Both the position numbers and the translations under genes were made by a program. From positions 101,928,001 through 101,992,000 of the forward strand of contig NC_043005.1 of assembly GCF_006345805.1 (NCBI RefSeq): a stretch of DNA of 64,000 nucleotides, in the 5' to 3' direction. A model generated the notes under the pieces. The model ran no database searches, was not told where the DNA came from, and saw only the letters and a list, made by a program, of their open reading frames with translations. Of this stretch, positions 42,024-55,394 are shown piece by piece. Each line of letters opens with the position of its first letter. Within the stretch, counting starts at the first letter, position 1. The DNA is from Octopus sinensis (taxonomy: Eukaryota).

Positions 42024-42151
42024 TTTATTTTATAGAAGGAGCCTCTACAGGACTAGAACTGTTTCATTCAAAAGAAATCATCAGGAAGCCCTAATGATTT
42101 CTTTTGAATGAAACAGTTCTAGTCCTGTAGAAGCTCCTTCTATAAAATAAA
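42024..42151. repeat. 128-bp near-perfect palindrome (head-to-head PLE-like ends)
   Basis: tttattttatagaagg...atcatcagg aagc cctaatgat...ccttctataaaataaa. Confidence 0.9.
42041..42089 (-). ncRNA. Type I hammerhead ribozyme (GUA triplet)
   Basis: Minus strand GCTTC CTGATGA t-TTC-tttt-GAA-t GAA ACAG-ttctagtc-CTGT A GAGGC. Stem II closes with a U-U mismatch. Confidence 0.7.
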
Positions 42152-42216
42152 TTAATTTACTCTGCTATGTATTGAGTACCTTATTTACTGTGGTTAACCC
42201 CGACTCAACCCGGACC

Positions 42217-42271
<55 letters not shown>

Positions 42272-43422
42272 TTATATATATATATATACATATTTATATA
42301 TATATATATGAGGCCAGTAGGATTTGGGTAAACACAGCTTTTAAACTCATGAAATTTAGTTCAAATTAATCAATTAGTTATGTCACGAAAGTAGACATTT
42401 AATGGTGTTTATGCAAATGAATTAGATGTTGAACATAATTAAAATTTCAACAATATGCATGATATATATGTATATTATATATATATATATATATATACGT
42501 TTACACATACATGTATATGTATAAATATATGTATATATGATATATGCGCATGTGCGCATGTGCACACACACACACACTCACACATCTTCATCTTTGAGCA
42601 TATGCTTTTGTTATATATATAGATATATAAATTTATATTGTATAAATTATATATAATTCTTAATGATTTATATCTTCGGGTTTTACCTTGTAGACACTAA
42701 CTATTTCTATAGATATACTTACCTAGAGACACATACATGTGTGTCTGTGTATGCCTACTTCCTTCTATATTCTTACATACATATAGATAGAGACTGAAAG
42801 ATATATTTATGTGTAGTTCGAAACAGTGATATATGCATGTACTTTTTCCAAACGGAACCTATGAATATTTATTGTAAGTCGTTTCGTTAAAATTTCACCA
42901 GTTCATTGTGTGTCGTTTTGTACATCTTTATTCACAAAAATCTTTTCAGGGGCTGAAGATGTCATAAAATAAGATATTATAGAACTGTGAATACAATGTA
43001 GACTTTTTGAAAAAAATAGAAAATAAAAGATATTCGTTTCACATGATGGAGATAAAAGAGAAGAGAATACGTTCAGGCGATTCTCTTTGAATAAGGTAAA
43101 AGAATAATTTTAAATAAGATCATGACAAATTCGAAACATTTCCTGTCTTTTCTCTCACCCCGCATACCTTCTCTTATTATGTATCTCGGTGCCTGTCTGT
43201 CTGTCTGTCTAATTCTCTGTCTCTTGATCTGTCTCTTCTCTATTTGTCAATATCTTTCTAAGTATGTCTTTATTTTCGTTTCTTTTCCTTTCCATCATTT
43301 TTCTTTTTCAGTATTTGTGTATGGCATTGTGCGTTGGCGCATGATTGCATGAATGTGTAGGCACGTGTTCTCTTGTCTGTATAATTGGATTTGGGTGCGT
43401 TCACGTTTGTTGAAGCAGCCAC

Positions 43423-43462
<40 letters not shown>

Positions 43463-44659
43463 CAATATTTATCCATTTATTTATGCACATATATATATAT
43501 ATGTGTATGTATATATGTATGTGTATGTATATATATATATATATGCAGGTATGCTCATTGATATGCATTTATATATTAATTTATTTACTTGTATATAGTA
43601 CAAGAGTAGCTATTCTGCTACTTTCCTACTCGGAGTTTCAAGTTTGTAATTAAAGCCTGTAATCAATCAAAGTTACATAGTAACATCTACTTAAACCTAA
43701 TCTTATTGGTTAAGAAAATAAAAGTGGGAAGATACATGGCAGTTTAAAATGTAGAGCTACTTCGACTATATTGAAAGGAAACCTTAGGTATCTTCATCAT
43801 GGGCAACTATTCTGCGAACCTTGTTAGACTTGATGACGATGGATTTATTGCAAAAAGCCGACCGAAGACAATATACTCGGATTATGGATATATATGTGCG
43901 TATATACTTATGTATTCCACTGTGTGCATGCGTATATCTATATAGTTCGTGTTTCTGTTTAATCTTACAATTTTCTATATGACCGTGGAAACTTCTCGTG
44001 TACTGCTTGAGATATTAATAATAATGTTTTCTTTAAAAGCCACAAGGGCCCGAAGAGGTACAGCACACACAAAATTTCCACTAGAGTGTTACAAGAAGTG
44101 GAGTGTGAAAGAAATTATTTTGTTAATGTTATTTATACAGAAATTATAGCCAACACAGAACGATGATGGTAATGATAATCGCTGTGGTTACGGGGCCGAC
44201 ACAATGCAAGTACGTTATTTATATATATGTGTATGTACATGCATGTGCACGCGTATATACAAATAAAGAGAAAGAGAGAGATGGAATCTCAATAACAACT
44301 CTCATGGAACCCTACGAACGACTCAAGAAATCATGATGCAACACAACAAGGAATGAATTAATGGCGAAATTGAAGTTATAGCCGATCATGGTGAAGGTTT
44401 CCCGCCCGGCACGTCCGAAACCTCTCGCATCAGGAGCAGTGATCTGGCCTCGGACGGTCGTTATGTCACAAAAGGTCACATACACGGTGCGCAAAAAATA
44501 CATAAATGGACATAAATACACTTATTGTATGTCATGAAAGAGCAAAGCTGGAAAGAAGTCGAGGAGTAGGCTGACGTACCTTGAAATTTTGGATGGAAAA
44601 GGACATGTGTGCAATGTCAGAAAATAAACTATGTAAACTATTGCTATAAAAAATTTTGA

Positions 44660-45207
44660 CAAAAAATAAAACATCTCTTTTACATGGGTGATTTAAAGGT
44701 TTTTGCAAAAAATTACCTACAACTCTGGGGTTTACTAGCAATTGTTAAACAGTTACGTGATGACATCAGGATGGAATTTGGATTAGATAAATGTGCAAAA
44801 GTTACCTTTATCAGAGGTAAGATGTCAGAAACATCCAACGTTAATCTTGACATAGGAATGTTATAAAGGAGTTAACACCAGCTGAGAGCTACAAATACCT
44901 AGGGCTATTTGAAGGTGATGGAATCAAACATTCAATGATGAGGGCAAAGATCAGAAAAGAATGGTGAATACTGAAGACAGAGCAGAACGCAAGAAACAGG
45001 ATCGAAGCGATCAATACTTTAGCCATACCGGTTGTGACTTACAGTTTCAATATTATTAACTGGTCAATTACTGAAATCTGTAATCTTGACAGAAAAATAC
45101 GAGAGTTGTTGACAATAAATAGAATGCACCACTCTAAGGCAGTTATAAAACGACTTCCATAGACACGAAAAGAAGGTGGCCATGGACTATTGCAACTGGA
45201 ATTAACA
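44660..45207 (+). pseudogene. R4/Dong-like non-LTR retrotransposon RT fragment
   Basis: HLFYMGDLKVFAK, DIRMEFGLDKCAK, ESYKYLG, AINTLAIPVVTYSFNIINW, RKEGGHGL. Confidence 0.8.
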
Positions 45208-45329
45208 AAAATTTTATTTTTATTTTTTTGTCTTTGTCTTTCTTTCCCCTTTTCTCTATCACATGTCTGTAAATGGCCAATTTGGTGTGTTTATTTTAAG
45301 GACCTGCCAATGTATATATTGCATTGCTC

Positions 45330-46370
45330 TGCCCTAGGTGTCAGGAAGACACTCAGCAAGAAATGGAAACAGAATTGAAAGAAGATGATAATGAAAATAA
45401 CAACATCGACAACAGCAGCAACAACAACAATAATAATAAGGGAATAGAATTGCCAAACGGAGAGAGAATGGAAGACGCGGATGATGATGGGTACAAGTAC
45501 CTCGAAATTCTGCAGCTGGACAATATCTTGCACAGAGAAATTAAAGACAAGGTCATCACATTTGAAGCGCCTCAAACTTCTCTTGAGATCAAAACTCAAC
45601 TCAAGGAACCTTGTGACTGCCATGAACATATGGGCTGTTGCTGTAGTTCACTATGGTGCACCCATCCTGAAATGGACACGAGCGGAGATTAACCAGCTCG
45701 ATCGCACTATCTGGGAAACAACGACAAAGCTTAGTGCCCTCCAGTATAAGGCGAATTTACAGAGGCTCTATATGAAGTGGTACAAAGTTGGACGTGGGCT
45801 GATTAGCGTACGGGAGTGCATCAAAAGTGAGATATGACAATATTTGGTTAACTGCAAACTAGACCTGCTACGGGCCGCTAATGCAGAAGGATTTATCAAA
45901 AAATGGAAGTGAAAGGGGTAATGGATTTTGAACACGAATGGCTAACGAGGGAGAAGAAACTCTACTCCTCATGGAATTACATAATCAGTTCCGTCGTGAA
46001 ACTAACAACTTCAAGGACCAGAAAGCATCATGGAAGTGGCTTAGCAAGGCTGACCTAAATAAGAAGACTGAAAGTCTAATCATCGCTGACCAGTGAAAAG
46101 GAATATATATCAGACAAATGCAATGAACCTCTGCAGAATATGTGAGGAGAAGGTCGAAAGCGTGACTCACATTGTTAATGCTTGTGAAAGGCTTGTGCAA
46201 GAAGAGTACAAGCGCAGACAAGACCTTCACTGGCTACTACTATGCCAGAAGTATGGATACAACGTAGCGAGTGCTTGGTACAACCATACACCTGAAAAGT
46301 TAATGGTCGAAAAGGGCAAGGCAAACATCCTCAGGGACTTTGAATTTCTGACAGAAAAGGGTGTTAGAGC
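45330..46370 (+). pseudogene. Second R4/Dong-like fragment: RT C-terminus, CCHC knuckle, start of the restriction-like endonuclease region
   Basis: DGYKYLEIL, RLKLLLRSKLNSRNLVTAMNIWAV, GRGLISVRECI, CRICEEKVESVTHIVNAC, WYNHTPEK..ILRDFEF. Confidence 0.8.
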
Positions 46371-46584
46371 ACCTTTAATCCCTCATTATTCCACAGCAGT
46401 TAAATAAAGTTGTGTTGTGGTAATTTTATGCCATCAGATTATATCTTCATTCTGCACACTTAATTACTCCAGCCTGCATTTCTGTCATTATTCAATACTC
46501 TTACTGTTTAGATCAAAGAATTCCAGATATGTCTTCGTTTTTTGTATAGATCGTGAGGTTACTATTATTGAGGTGCGATCTGCC

Positions 46585-47270
46585 TGAATTGTTAGCACAC
46601 CGAAGAAAATGCTTAGCGGCGTTTTTTCCGAATTTTACATTCTGAGTTGCCATGCTACCGAGGTCGATTTTTGCATTTTTACATTTCGCGGACGAAAAAA
46701 TAAATCCCAGTCGAACAATGGTGTTGATATAATGAACCACAGCCCTCCCTCCAAATTTTAAGTTATGTGACTAAAGTTGAAGCAATAATTATCCTTATTA
46801 TAAATATCATTTAAAGCGGGGAGCTGGCAGAATCGTTAGCACACCGGGCAGAATGCTTAGCAGAATTTCATCAATCGTTACGTCCTGAGTTCAAATTCTG
46901 CACAGGTTTACTTTGTCTCTCATTCTTTCGGGCTGGATGAAATAAGTACCAGTTGAGCACAGTGGTCGATATGATCGACTGGCTTCCTCCCACAAAATCT
47001 CGGGCCTTGTGCCTATTGTAGAAAGGATTATTATAAATATCATTCAAAGTAAAGGCGGCGAGTTAGCAGTATCGTTACCATGTCGGGAATAATGCTTAGC
47101 AGCATTTCGTTCGTATTTACATTCTGAGTTCAAATTCCGCCAGTGTCGACTCTGCCTTTTATACATTTCGGGATCGAAAACATACGAACCAGTTGAGCAC
47201 TGGGAATGATGTGATCGACATACCCGCTCCTCGAAAATGCACGCCTTGTGCTAAAATTTGAAGCCATTAT
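46585..47270 (+). mobile_element. Three head-to-tail family A SINEs
   Basis: Copies at ~46585-46760, 46813-47030, 47050-47270. Confidence 0.8.
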
Positions 47271-47871
47271 TATAAGCATATCATCGGCATCTCTCTCTCT
47301 CTCTCTGTCTTCATGTACTTGCGTTTTCATTTCGCGTCTTTCTCTCATAAATACGTTCTAAGGTTCCTTATCAATATCTTTCATCAAAATTCTTTCTTAC
47401 CAATTCCGCCTCCCACACATCCTTGCCATTCTCCTATAGCTATTTCACTACCTACACGCGAGCGCGCGAAAGCACGTTCGTACATAAACACATACGGATG
47501 TACAGAAACATATGAACAACACAGAATACACAAATTGGTATATAAATATACTCACATACACATGTGTAGAAAGACACAGGCTAGGGCATATACACAACTT
47601 ACAAACACATACACACTTACATACATGTACAAACTCGCAAGCTTCAACACACACATAACAACACACGCCAGCACATATACATATATTCATATAATTACAT
47701 ATAAAAATACACATATTCAAGCACTTACATAACTTACAATACATACAAACTTATATATATAGGTGTATATATATGTGCAAATATATATGAGTGTATGTAT
47801 ACATATATATATATATACATGTAAATATATATATAAAGATACATATATATATACATGTATATATATATATG

Positions 47872-47907
<36 letters not shown>

Positions 47908-48204
47908 AAGACATAGGCACCACACATACACAGGCCAAGAACAGATACACAACACACAAACACGTACACAACACAGCACACAAACGAATATAGACAGGTT
48001 GAAAGAGAGAATAACCACACGCATCATTGATTTTATGATATATATGATGGACAATGAAATATTCAGGGCCTGAAGTTTCTCTTTTTGGTTTCGATGTTGA
48101 TAACACGGAGGTTCTTCCCATCACTATGTAAATAGGTGGGTATGTTCGAGTGCGTGCGAGCGACTTTGTGTATGTGTGTTTCATAATGATATTAATACAT
48201 ATAC

Positions 48205-48236
<32 letters not shown>

Positions 48237-49049
48237 ATATATCTTTATATATATATATATATATATATACACATACATATATATATATATGTATACACAC
48301 ACACGTATACCAACCTAGCAACCTACATACATGCATATATACCATATCCATACATACATACATACATACATACATACATACACACATATATATCATACAC
48401 ACACACACACGCACATACATATATATATATATGTATAATATCCATATATTTAACTACAGACACACACATATTTGTATGAGTACACGTACACACGCACACA
48501 TATATATACTTGTGTATATATATGTATATATGCGTATATATGTATCTATCTATCTATCTATCTATCTTTTTCTCTCTCACTCTCTCTCTCTCTCTCTCTG
48601 TATATATATATATAATATATATATATATATGTATATATATTTGCACACATATGTCCATATACATATACGACCATTTGTGAAATATCATTGCTATATGTGC
48701 AGATTTAGATTTATCTTGCACACATACAGACATAGACAGAAGCTCAAAGGCACACACACACACACACACACACAAACACATACACTTACCTACAGATATA
48801 TATATGTGTGTGTGTGTATGTATTTATAGAATTGTATATTAAGAGAAGCACATGTAACTAGCATTATCACTATGGAATGAATACGTAGGCACTCGCTCTC
48901 TTATAGTCACACATACGCATACACACACACACACACATATATGTATGTGTGCGTGCGTGTATTTTGGCGTGTGGGTGTGTAAATATATGTGTATGCATAT
49001 TATATAGAAATACATATGCATACATATATATTCATGTGTTTATGCATCA

Positions 49050-49081
<32 letters not shown>

Positions 49082-49464
49082 CTGTGTGTGTGTATGCGTG
49101 TGTATGCATGTGTGTATCCTGTATCAGAAGAAAAGTGAACACAAGCACGCACATATATATATAGAATTACACACACACACAAACACACACTTATATTCAC
49201 CATCAATATTTCAAACATATACACGCACACATGCACATACACACACACGCAAACTCACACACATATATAGACACACACACACTCATAAATACATACACGA
49301 ATGAATTAATGAACATTACTGATTATTGTCTCCCACAAAAGAGAATCATTAAAGTTTAATGTGTTTGCTTTGTTTGCCACGTGACCAATTTATTGGCAAG
49401 GCGTCATCGGAGCGATAAAGTATTTGAGCGAAATTCAGACAAGCGTTATAGATCTTTTCTGCAG

Positions 49465-49573
49465 TGATGGAACTTTGAATGAAGTGGAATATAAATATCT
49501 TTTATGGTTCGCAGAACGCAATAGTAGGGATGACTTGCCAATGTTCAACAGTGATCCTAGAATTAAATATTGA
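49465..49573 (+). CDS. Candidate terminal coding exon with the second half of an EF-hand loop (xDGTLNEVEY)
   Basis: Acceptor tcttttctgcag|; phase-2 frame DGTLNEVEYKYLLWFAERNSRDDLPMFNSDPRIKY*; AATAAA at 49690. Upstream exons not identified. Confidence 0.4.
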
Positions 49574-49744
49574 GCATTGCTGCTGGTGCAACCTACGAAT
49601 TGTCCAAATGCCTCGATCCACTTCTGCAAGGAAATTGAATTCAATTGAATTTCGAAGCAATGAGAAAAAAGCATTCTCTCTCAGCTGAAAATAAAATGGT
49701 TTTGCTTCCGTATGAGTGCATGTTGCGTGCTTGTACACGCACGT

Positions 49745-49777
<33 letters not shown>

Positions 49778-50061
49778 ACACACACAAACACATACACTTA
49801 CCTACAGATATATATATGTGTGTGTGTGTATGTATTTATAGAATTGTATATTAAGAGAAGCACATGTAACTAGCATTATCACTATGGAATGAATACGTAG
49901 GCACTCGCTCTCTTATAGTCACACATACGCATACACACACACACACACATGTATGTATGTGTGCGTGCGTGTATTTTGGCGTGTGGGTGTGTAAATATAT
50001 GTGTATGCATATTATATAGAAATACATATGCATACATATATATTCATGTGTTTATGCATCA

Positions 50062-50095
<34 letters not shown>

Positions 50096-50499
50096 CTGTG
50101 TGTGTGTATGCGTGTGTGTGCATGAGTGTGAATGTGTATGCATGTGTGTATCCTGTATCAGAAGAAAAGTGAACACAAGCACGCACATATATATATAGAA
50201 TTACACACACACACAAACACACACTTATATTCACCATCAATATTTCAAACATATACACGCACACATGCACATACACACACACGCAAACTCACACACATAT
50301 ATAGACACACACACACTCATAAATACATACACGAATGAATTAATGAACATTACTGAATTATTGTCTCCCACAAAAGAGAATCATTAAAGTTTAATGTGTT
50401 TGCTTTGTTTGCCACGTGACCAATTTATTGGCAAGGCGTCATCGGAGCGATAAAGTATTTGAGCGAAATTCAGACAAGCGTTATAGATCTTTTCTGCAG

Positions 50500-50608
50500 T
50501 GATGGAACTTTGAATGAAGTGGAATATAAATATCTTTTATGGTTCGCAGAACGCAATAGTAGGGATGACTTGCCAATGTTCAACAGTGATCCTAGAATTA
50601 AATATTGA
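50500..50608 (+). CDS. Duplicate of the candidate EF-hand-like terminal exon
   Basis: Same coding sequence and acceptor in the second repeat unit. Confidence 0.35.
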
Positions 50609-50788
50609 GCAATTGCTGCTGGTGCAACCTACGAATTGTCCCAAATGCCTCGATCCACTTCTGCAAGGAAATTGAATTCAATTGAATTTCGAAGCAATGA
50701 GAAAAAAGCATTCTCTCTCAGCTGAAAATAAAATGGTTTTGCTTCCGTATGAGTGCATGTTGCGTGCTTGTACACGCACGTAAACACA

Positions 50789-50842
<54 letters not shown>

Positions 50843-51146
50843 GTGTATATATATATATACATGCATATGTATTAATATATTTATGCATGCATGTATATAT
50901 ATTCATATATACATATGCAAGCATATGCCTATGTGGACGTATGAATATGTGTGCACATACGCACACAGACACATACGCTCACACGCACGCACGTATACGA
51001 TATATATATATAATATATATATAATATTATACATATAAATACATATGTTCATATATATATATATATATATAATATATATATATATATAATTGCATATATC
51101 TACACACACACACACACACGCATATATATATATATACATATATTTT

Positions 51147-51669
51147 CTGTGTGGCATGATTTTCAAGATGTAGTATAACACTCGATCAGTTAAGAGAGTA
51201 AAGATATTATAGTAATTATTATAAAACCTTGTGAAATGCAGCTACCAAGGGTTTCCCGGTTGAAATATTAATTTATTTCGCCATTTATGAAGCTGGTAAA
51301 AACAAGATGGTTTAGCAATCATTGGTATAGAAATTTATTTAAGGCTATAGGAGTTATTGGGCTAGAAAATCGTTCGATGTGGAACCTAGTTTTCCCTTGA
51401 GGTGCCAGTATACTTGAGGACACCTGATGTGAAAAGATTAACGAATTTTCAGGTGCTTGCAGTATACCACCTTGGTTTCTACACTATATAATATAACAGA
51501 TAATACTATCTTGTTTTTACCAGCTTCATAAATGGTGAAATAAATTAATATTTCGACCGGGAAACTGTTGGTAGCTGCATTTCACAAGGTTTTATAATAA
51601 GTACTATAATATCTTTACTCTCTTAACTGATCGTGTTTTATACTACTTCTTGAAAATCATACCACACAG
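51147..51669. mobile_element. Element with ~165-bp inverted arms (inverted PLE ends or MITE)
   Basis: ctgtgtggcatgattttcaag...aaacaagatg is inverted at tatcttgtttttacc...aatcataccacacag. ~190-bp unique spacer. Confidence 0.8.
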
Positions 51670-51719
51670 TATATATGTGTGTGTGTGTCTTTTGTGTGTG
51701 TGTATGCGCGCGCACGTGT

Positions 51720-52420
51720 ATCAAGTTTCGTGGGAATGGTAAGAACCTTGGAGAACAATGGTCCGAAAACGGCTGTAAACTTCTATATTTGACATTGGAT
51801 TTTTTCATCAATAAAGCAGTTGTGAGACAGGAATGACTCGATGGAGGTGATCCACATCACAATGTTAAGAGTGACGCCGCTAACACGGTGAACAAGACGC
51901 GGTAGATGGAGACAGTATTGATCCGTTAATTATGTTTACTTTGTGTTAATCTCCAGACCGAGTCTTTGATAAACGTTCACAGCGACGTTCACGACATGCC
52001 CAACGGATTTTTGATCGTGAGTTGGAAGATCGAATATTCAGCGTACTGGAGGTCAAACATCATGGTAGTCTGAGTCGTCGTTTCCGATTTGCGTCGTCGG
52101 AGATTAAAATCACTGTTATCCCGAAGGTAGTTGATGGTGAATTCATCGTTAGACTCGAGTTCGGCCTGTGTGAAAAGTGTAACGGCCCCGACAAGGCGAT
52201 TAAAAAATCCAGAACAAATACGCAGCCCTGTTTCCCGTCGATGCCGACATAAAAAGAGTCTGGTTCCCGATCGCCGATGACCACACCTGCTTTCGTGCCC
52301 CCATGAAACTGTAGAATGAGTCACAGTGGACACCTAAACTCCTGCAGAAGTCGGCATGGAAGCTTGTGATTTACAGTGCAGTTCTCGACAGTTCTCTTGA
52401 ATCTGGCGTGCAACGAAGAC
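51720..52420 (-). pseudogene. RTE-like LINE RT remnant
   Basis: TVNHKLPCRLLQEFRCP, FHGG..GKQGCV, FNLRRRKSETTTQTTMMFDLQYAE, matching the RTE pattern FNLRRL..T..DLQYADD. Confidence 0.7.
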
Positions 52421-53198
52421 CATTTAACTGGTACCTCGATTCCGTACAGCTTTGTGTTGAACAGAGCCATACCCCTGGCATTAAATACAGCAAATAATTG
52501 TAGCGCCACTAAATGTATAAAGTATTGCTGGCGTATATTCTGAGTGAGAGTTGCTCTCCGCAATAGTACTTATAATCGGAGTGAACTTTTTGTATTTATT
52601 CTTAAGTAACTGACATTAAGGAAACCAGGGGTACTATTTTAGCGTAGGGCTTCTTTGTTCACAACCTAAAGTTTCTTGCTAAGGGGACAAATGATATAAC
52701 GAAGTGTCTTAATACAGTTAAGGCATTTTCAGGGTATTTAAGGATAGATTTAAGCCAAAATAAATGTTCCTATTTGTTTGAAAAGAAGAGAAAGACACGA
52801 GCCAGTTAAACCGATTCCATGTGAAATGGTGACTTTAATTGTAGAATGTAGCTGTATAGATTGAACGTAAAGCAAGTTCTCTTGGTAATAAAGCATCCAA
52901 CACCAAATTTAGTTCGAGTCCATACGGTGACACTAAAAAGGCTGCTTCAAACGACCCTAAATCATTCGTAGTAACCTGTCACTTTTCTTCTATTTACTGC
53001 TAGATTAAGGGTTTCAAACAGGGACAGTGTGACAGTTGCGTTGCACAGGTATTTGTTACTATATTTGTTGTGTTCGTACATTTCGCTGAAGTAGAACTCA
53101 AAATTCTTGGAGTTACTGTCGGATAGAATTTTGTTGCATCGATCGTGATAACGCGCGCGTTGGTTACAATGAACTATCGGTTCAGCAAGGCTAGCAAT

Positions 53199-53578
53199 GG
53201 TGGCGCAATGGCCCAGTGGTTAGGGCAGCAGACTCGCGGTCGGAGGATCGCAGTTTCGATTCCCACACCGGGCGTTGTGTGTGTTTATTGAGCGAAAACA
53301 GCTAAAGCTCCACGAGCCTCGGGCAGAGGGGTGGTGTCACTCTTTCTTCCTGTTTCTTGTCCCCGACTTCCTACGCAACCGCTGAGCCTGGATGCGCATT
53401 CATCCATCTGTCGATGCTCTCGGTGTCGGGGGTTGACCTGCTTTCTCTTCTGCGGGTCTTACGAATAAGCAAAGAACCATGTTTCGGACTTCTCCCACTA
53501 CAGACAATCCTGAGGCACGATCTTACGAGCTCTGGGATGAAGACCGCTTCGCTCAACAAACAAACTAACAAACAAAGC
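53199..53578 (+). mobile_element. tRNA-derived SINE family C with (AAAC)n tail
   Basis: ggcgcaatggcccagtggttagggc (A box)..gtttcgattccc (B box); 3' caacaaacaaactaacaaacaaa. Confidence 0.85.
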
Positions 53579-53679
53579 CAGGCCAGCAAGTTCGGGGGGA
53601 AGGCTAGAGTAGATTAAATCGACTCCAGTGCTCGATTAGTAGGTATTTTATCGACCCCGAATAGATTAAAGGCAAAATA

Positions 53680-54243
53680 TTGGGTTGTCCTGAAAGTTCG
53701 TGCCGATTTATAGTAGCTTACATTTCGACTTATTTTAGAACATGTTTGAGTCCATAAAATAGGATTTGACTACACCTCCATTTAGAGTACAGTTTAAGCT
53801 ATCTTTTCGTGAAAGAAGGTTTATGTTCCTATAACCTGTGTTAATTCTGTAACCCTTTACAATGGAAGATGAGAAAGTTCATTTTCGGGATTTGATGCTT
53901 TGGGAACCAAACAAAAATTGTTGCAGCTCGGCTGGGATCTGCTACCCATTCTCCATATTCACCAGATATTGCTCCTTTAGATTTCCATTTATTCAGGTCT
54001 CTGCAGAATAGTCTTAATGGTAAAAATTTAAATTCCTTGGATGACGTAAAAAGATACCTTGATGAATTCTTTGTCATGAAACCACCTCAATTCTGGAAAG
54101 AGGGTATTTTCAAGGGAAAAGAAAGATGGAGACACATTGTGCAACAAAATGGTTTATATTTGGTTAATTAAAAATGTAATGGCAAGTATTTATTGACCTC
54201 TTTTTTCCTTTAAAAATCGGCACGAACTTTCCGGACAACCTAA
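53680..54243 (+). mobile_element. Non-autonomous mariner derivative, nested in a SINE
   Basis: Same TIRs with TA TSD. MEDEKVHF N-terminus fused to a TKQKLLQLGWD..PYSPDIAP C-terminus. Confidence 0.92.
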
Positions 54244-54707
54244 TAAAACTCAATGGAATTTGAACTCCGGAATTTGAACGTACATACGGGCGAAATGCCG
54301 CTAAGCAATGTCTCCGACGGTTAAACATTTCTACCATATCGGTGCCTGTGAGGCCATGAAATATCATCGCTTGTATAGTTGTATACCCTATATAGGGAAA
54401 CAGAACCTGTTGTATATAGAGGAGCAGTCATGATTTGCAGATTAGCCGCTTTGTTGCGTCCTCATGAAATGTACTGTGGGAGGTGAATTTTTCGTCTTAC
54501 TAGCATTATAATAATGCATAGCAGAGAGCTACCACGTCTTAAAAAATCATAAGGTGGGTGGGAAGCATTTAGCCATATACAATTGTGAGTCAACATTCAT
54601 TATGTACATGTCTGTGTTTGTGTGTTTGTGTGTGACTATGTATGCATCTGTATATATTTGCATATATATTTATCACTCGCCCTCTCTTCTCTCTCTCTCT
54701 CTCTCTG

Positions 54708-54741
<34 letters not shown>

Positions 54742-54797
54742 ATATATGTATATATATGTATATATAAATGTGTAAATAATTATGTCCATATTTATAG

Positions 54798-54829
<32 letters not shown>

Positions 54830-55362
54830 GTACGTATGTATGTATGAACATATTTGATTGTATGCTGTATGTATATATGTATAATATCTTTAAAAATAAA
54901 ACAAGACTCTACCCTCTGAAGTACCTCTTAGATTCATCAAACGAACAAGCGACATACAGTCATACACGCACACACACACGCACCACATTATATATATGTG
55001 TGTGTGTGTGTGTGCGTTTGGAGAGAGGGGGAGTGAGAGAGATAGAAAGAGAGAGATGGTGAGCGAGTTCCACATACACACCTATTACAAATACGTTTCA
55101 TCAGGTCGTTACCCAAAAGAACACGAAATATATAAGAATTAGAATCACCAGGAAATGTTTTGTATCGACCAAAGTGTATAAATTTAGATTTAATTAGAAT
55201 ATGAAACAGAGATTGTTAGAAGAAAGCGGAAACAACATAGGCACACACATAGATGTATGGCCGTAGAGTAATATAACACACACGCACATCTAGATAGACT
55301 CGCACACATACCAACACAAAGACGTATACATGCATATATATATATGTATATGTATATGTATG

Positions 55363-55394
<32 letters not shown>

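Larger units (their letters stand above)
48751..50830. repeat. ~1.0-kb tandem duplication bounded by (CA)n tracts
   Basis: tacacttacctacag at 48781 and 49793. The unique block 49310-49740 is repeated at 50340-50780 with few indels. Confidence 0.93.

Noticed and set aside
43720-43830. LIM-like peptide IHGSLKCRATSTILKGNLRYLHHGQLFCEPC
   Set aside because: Two zinc ligands are missing, there is an upstream stop, and no good splice acceptor.
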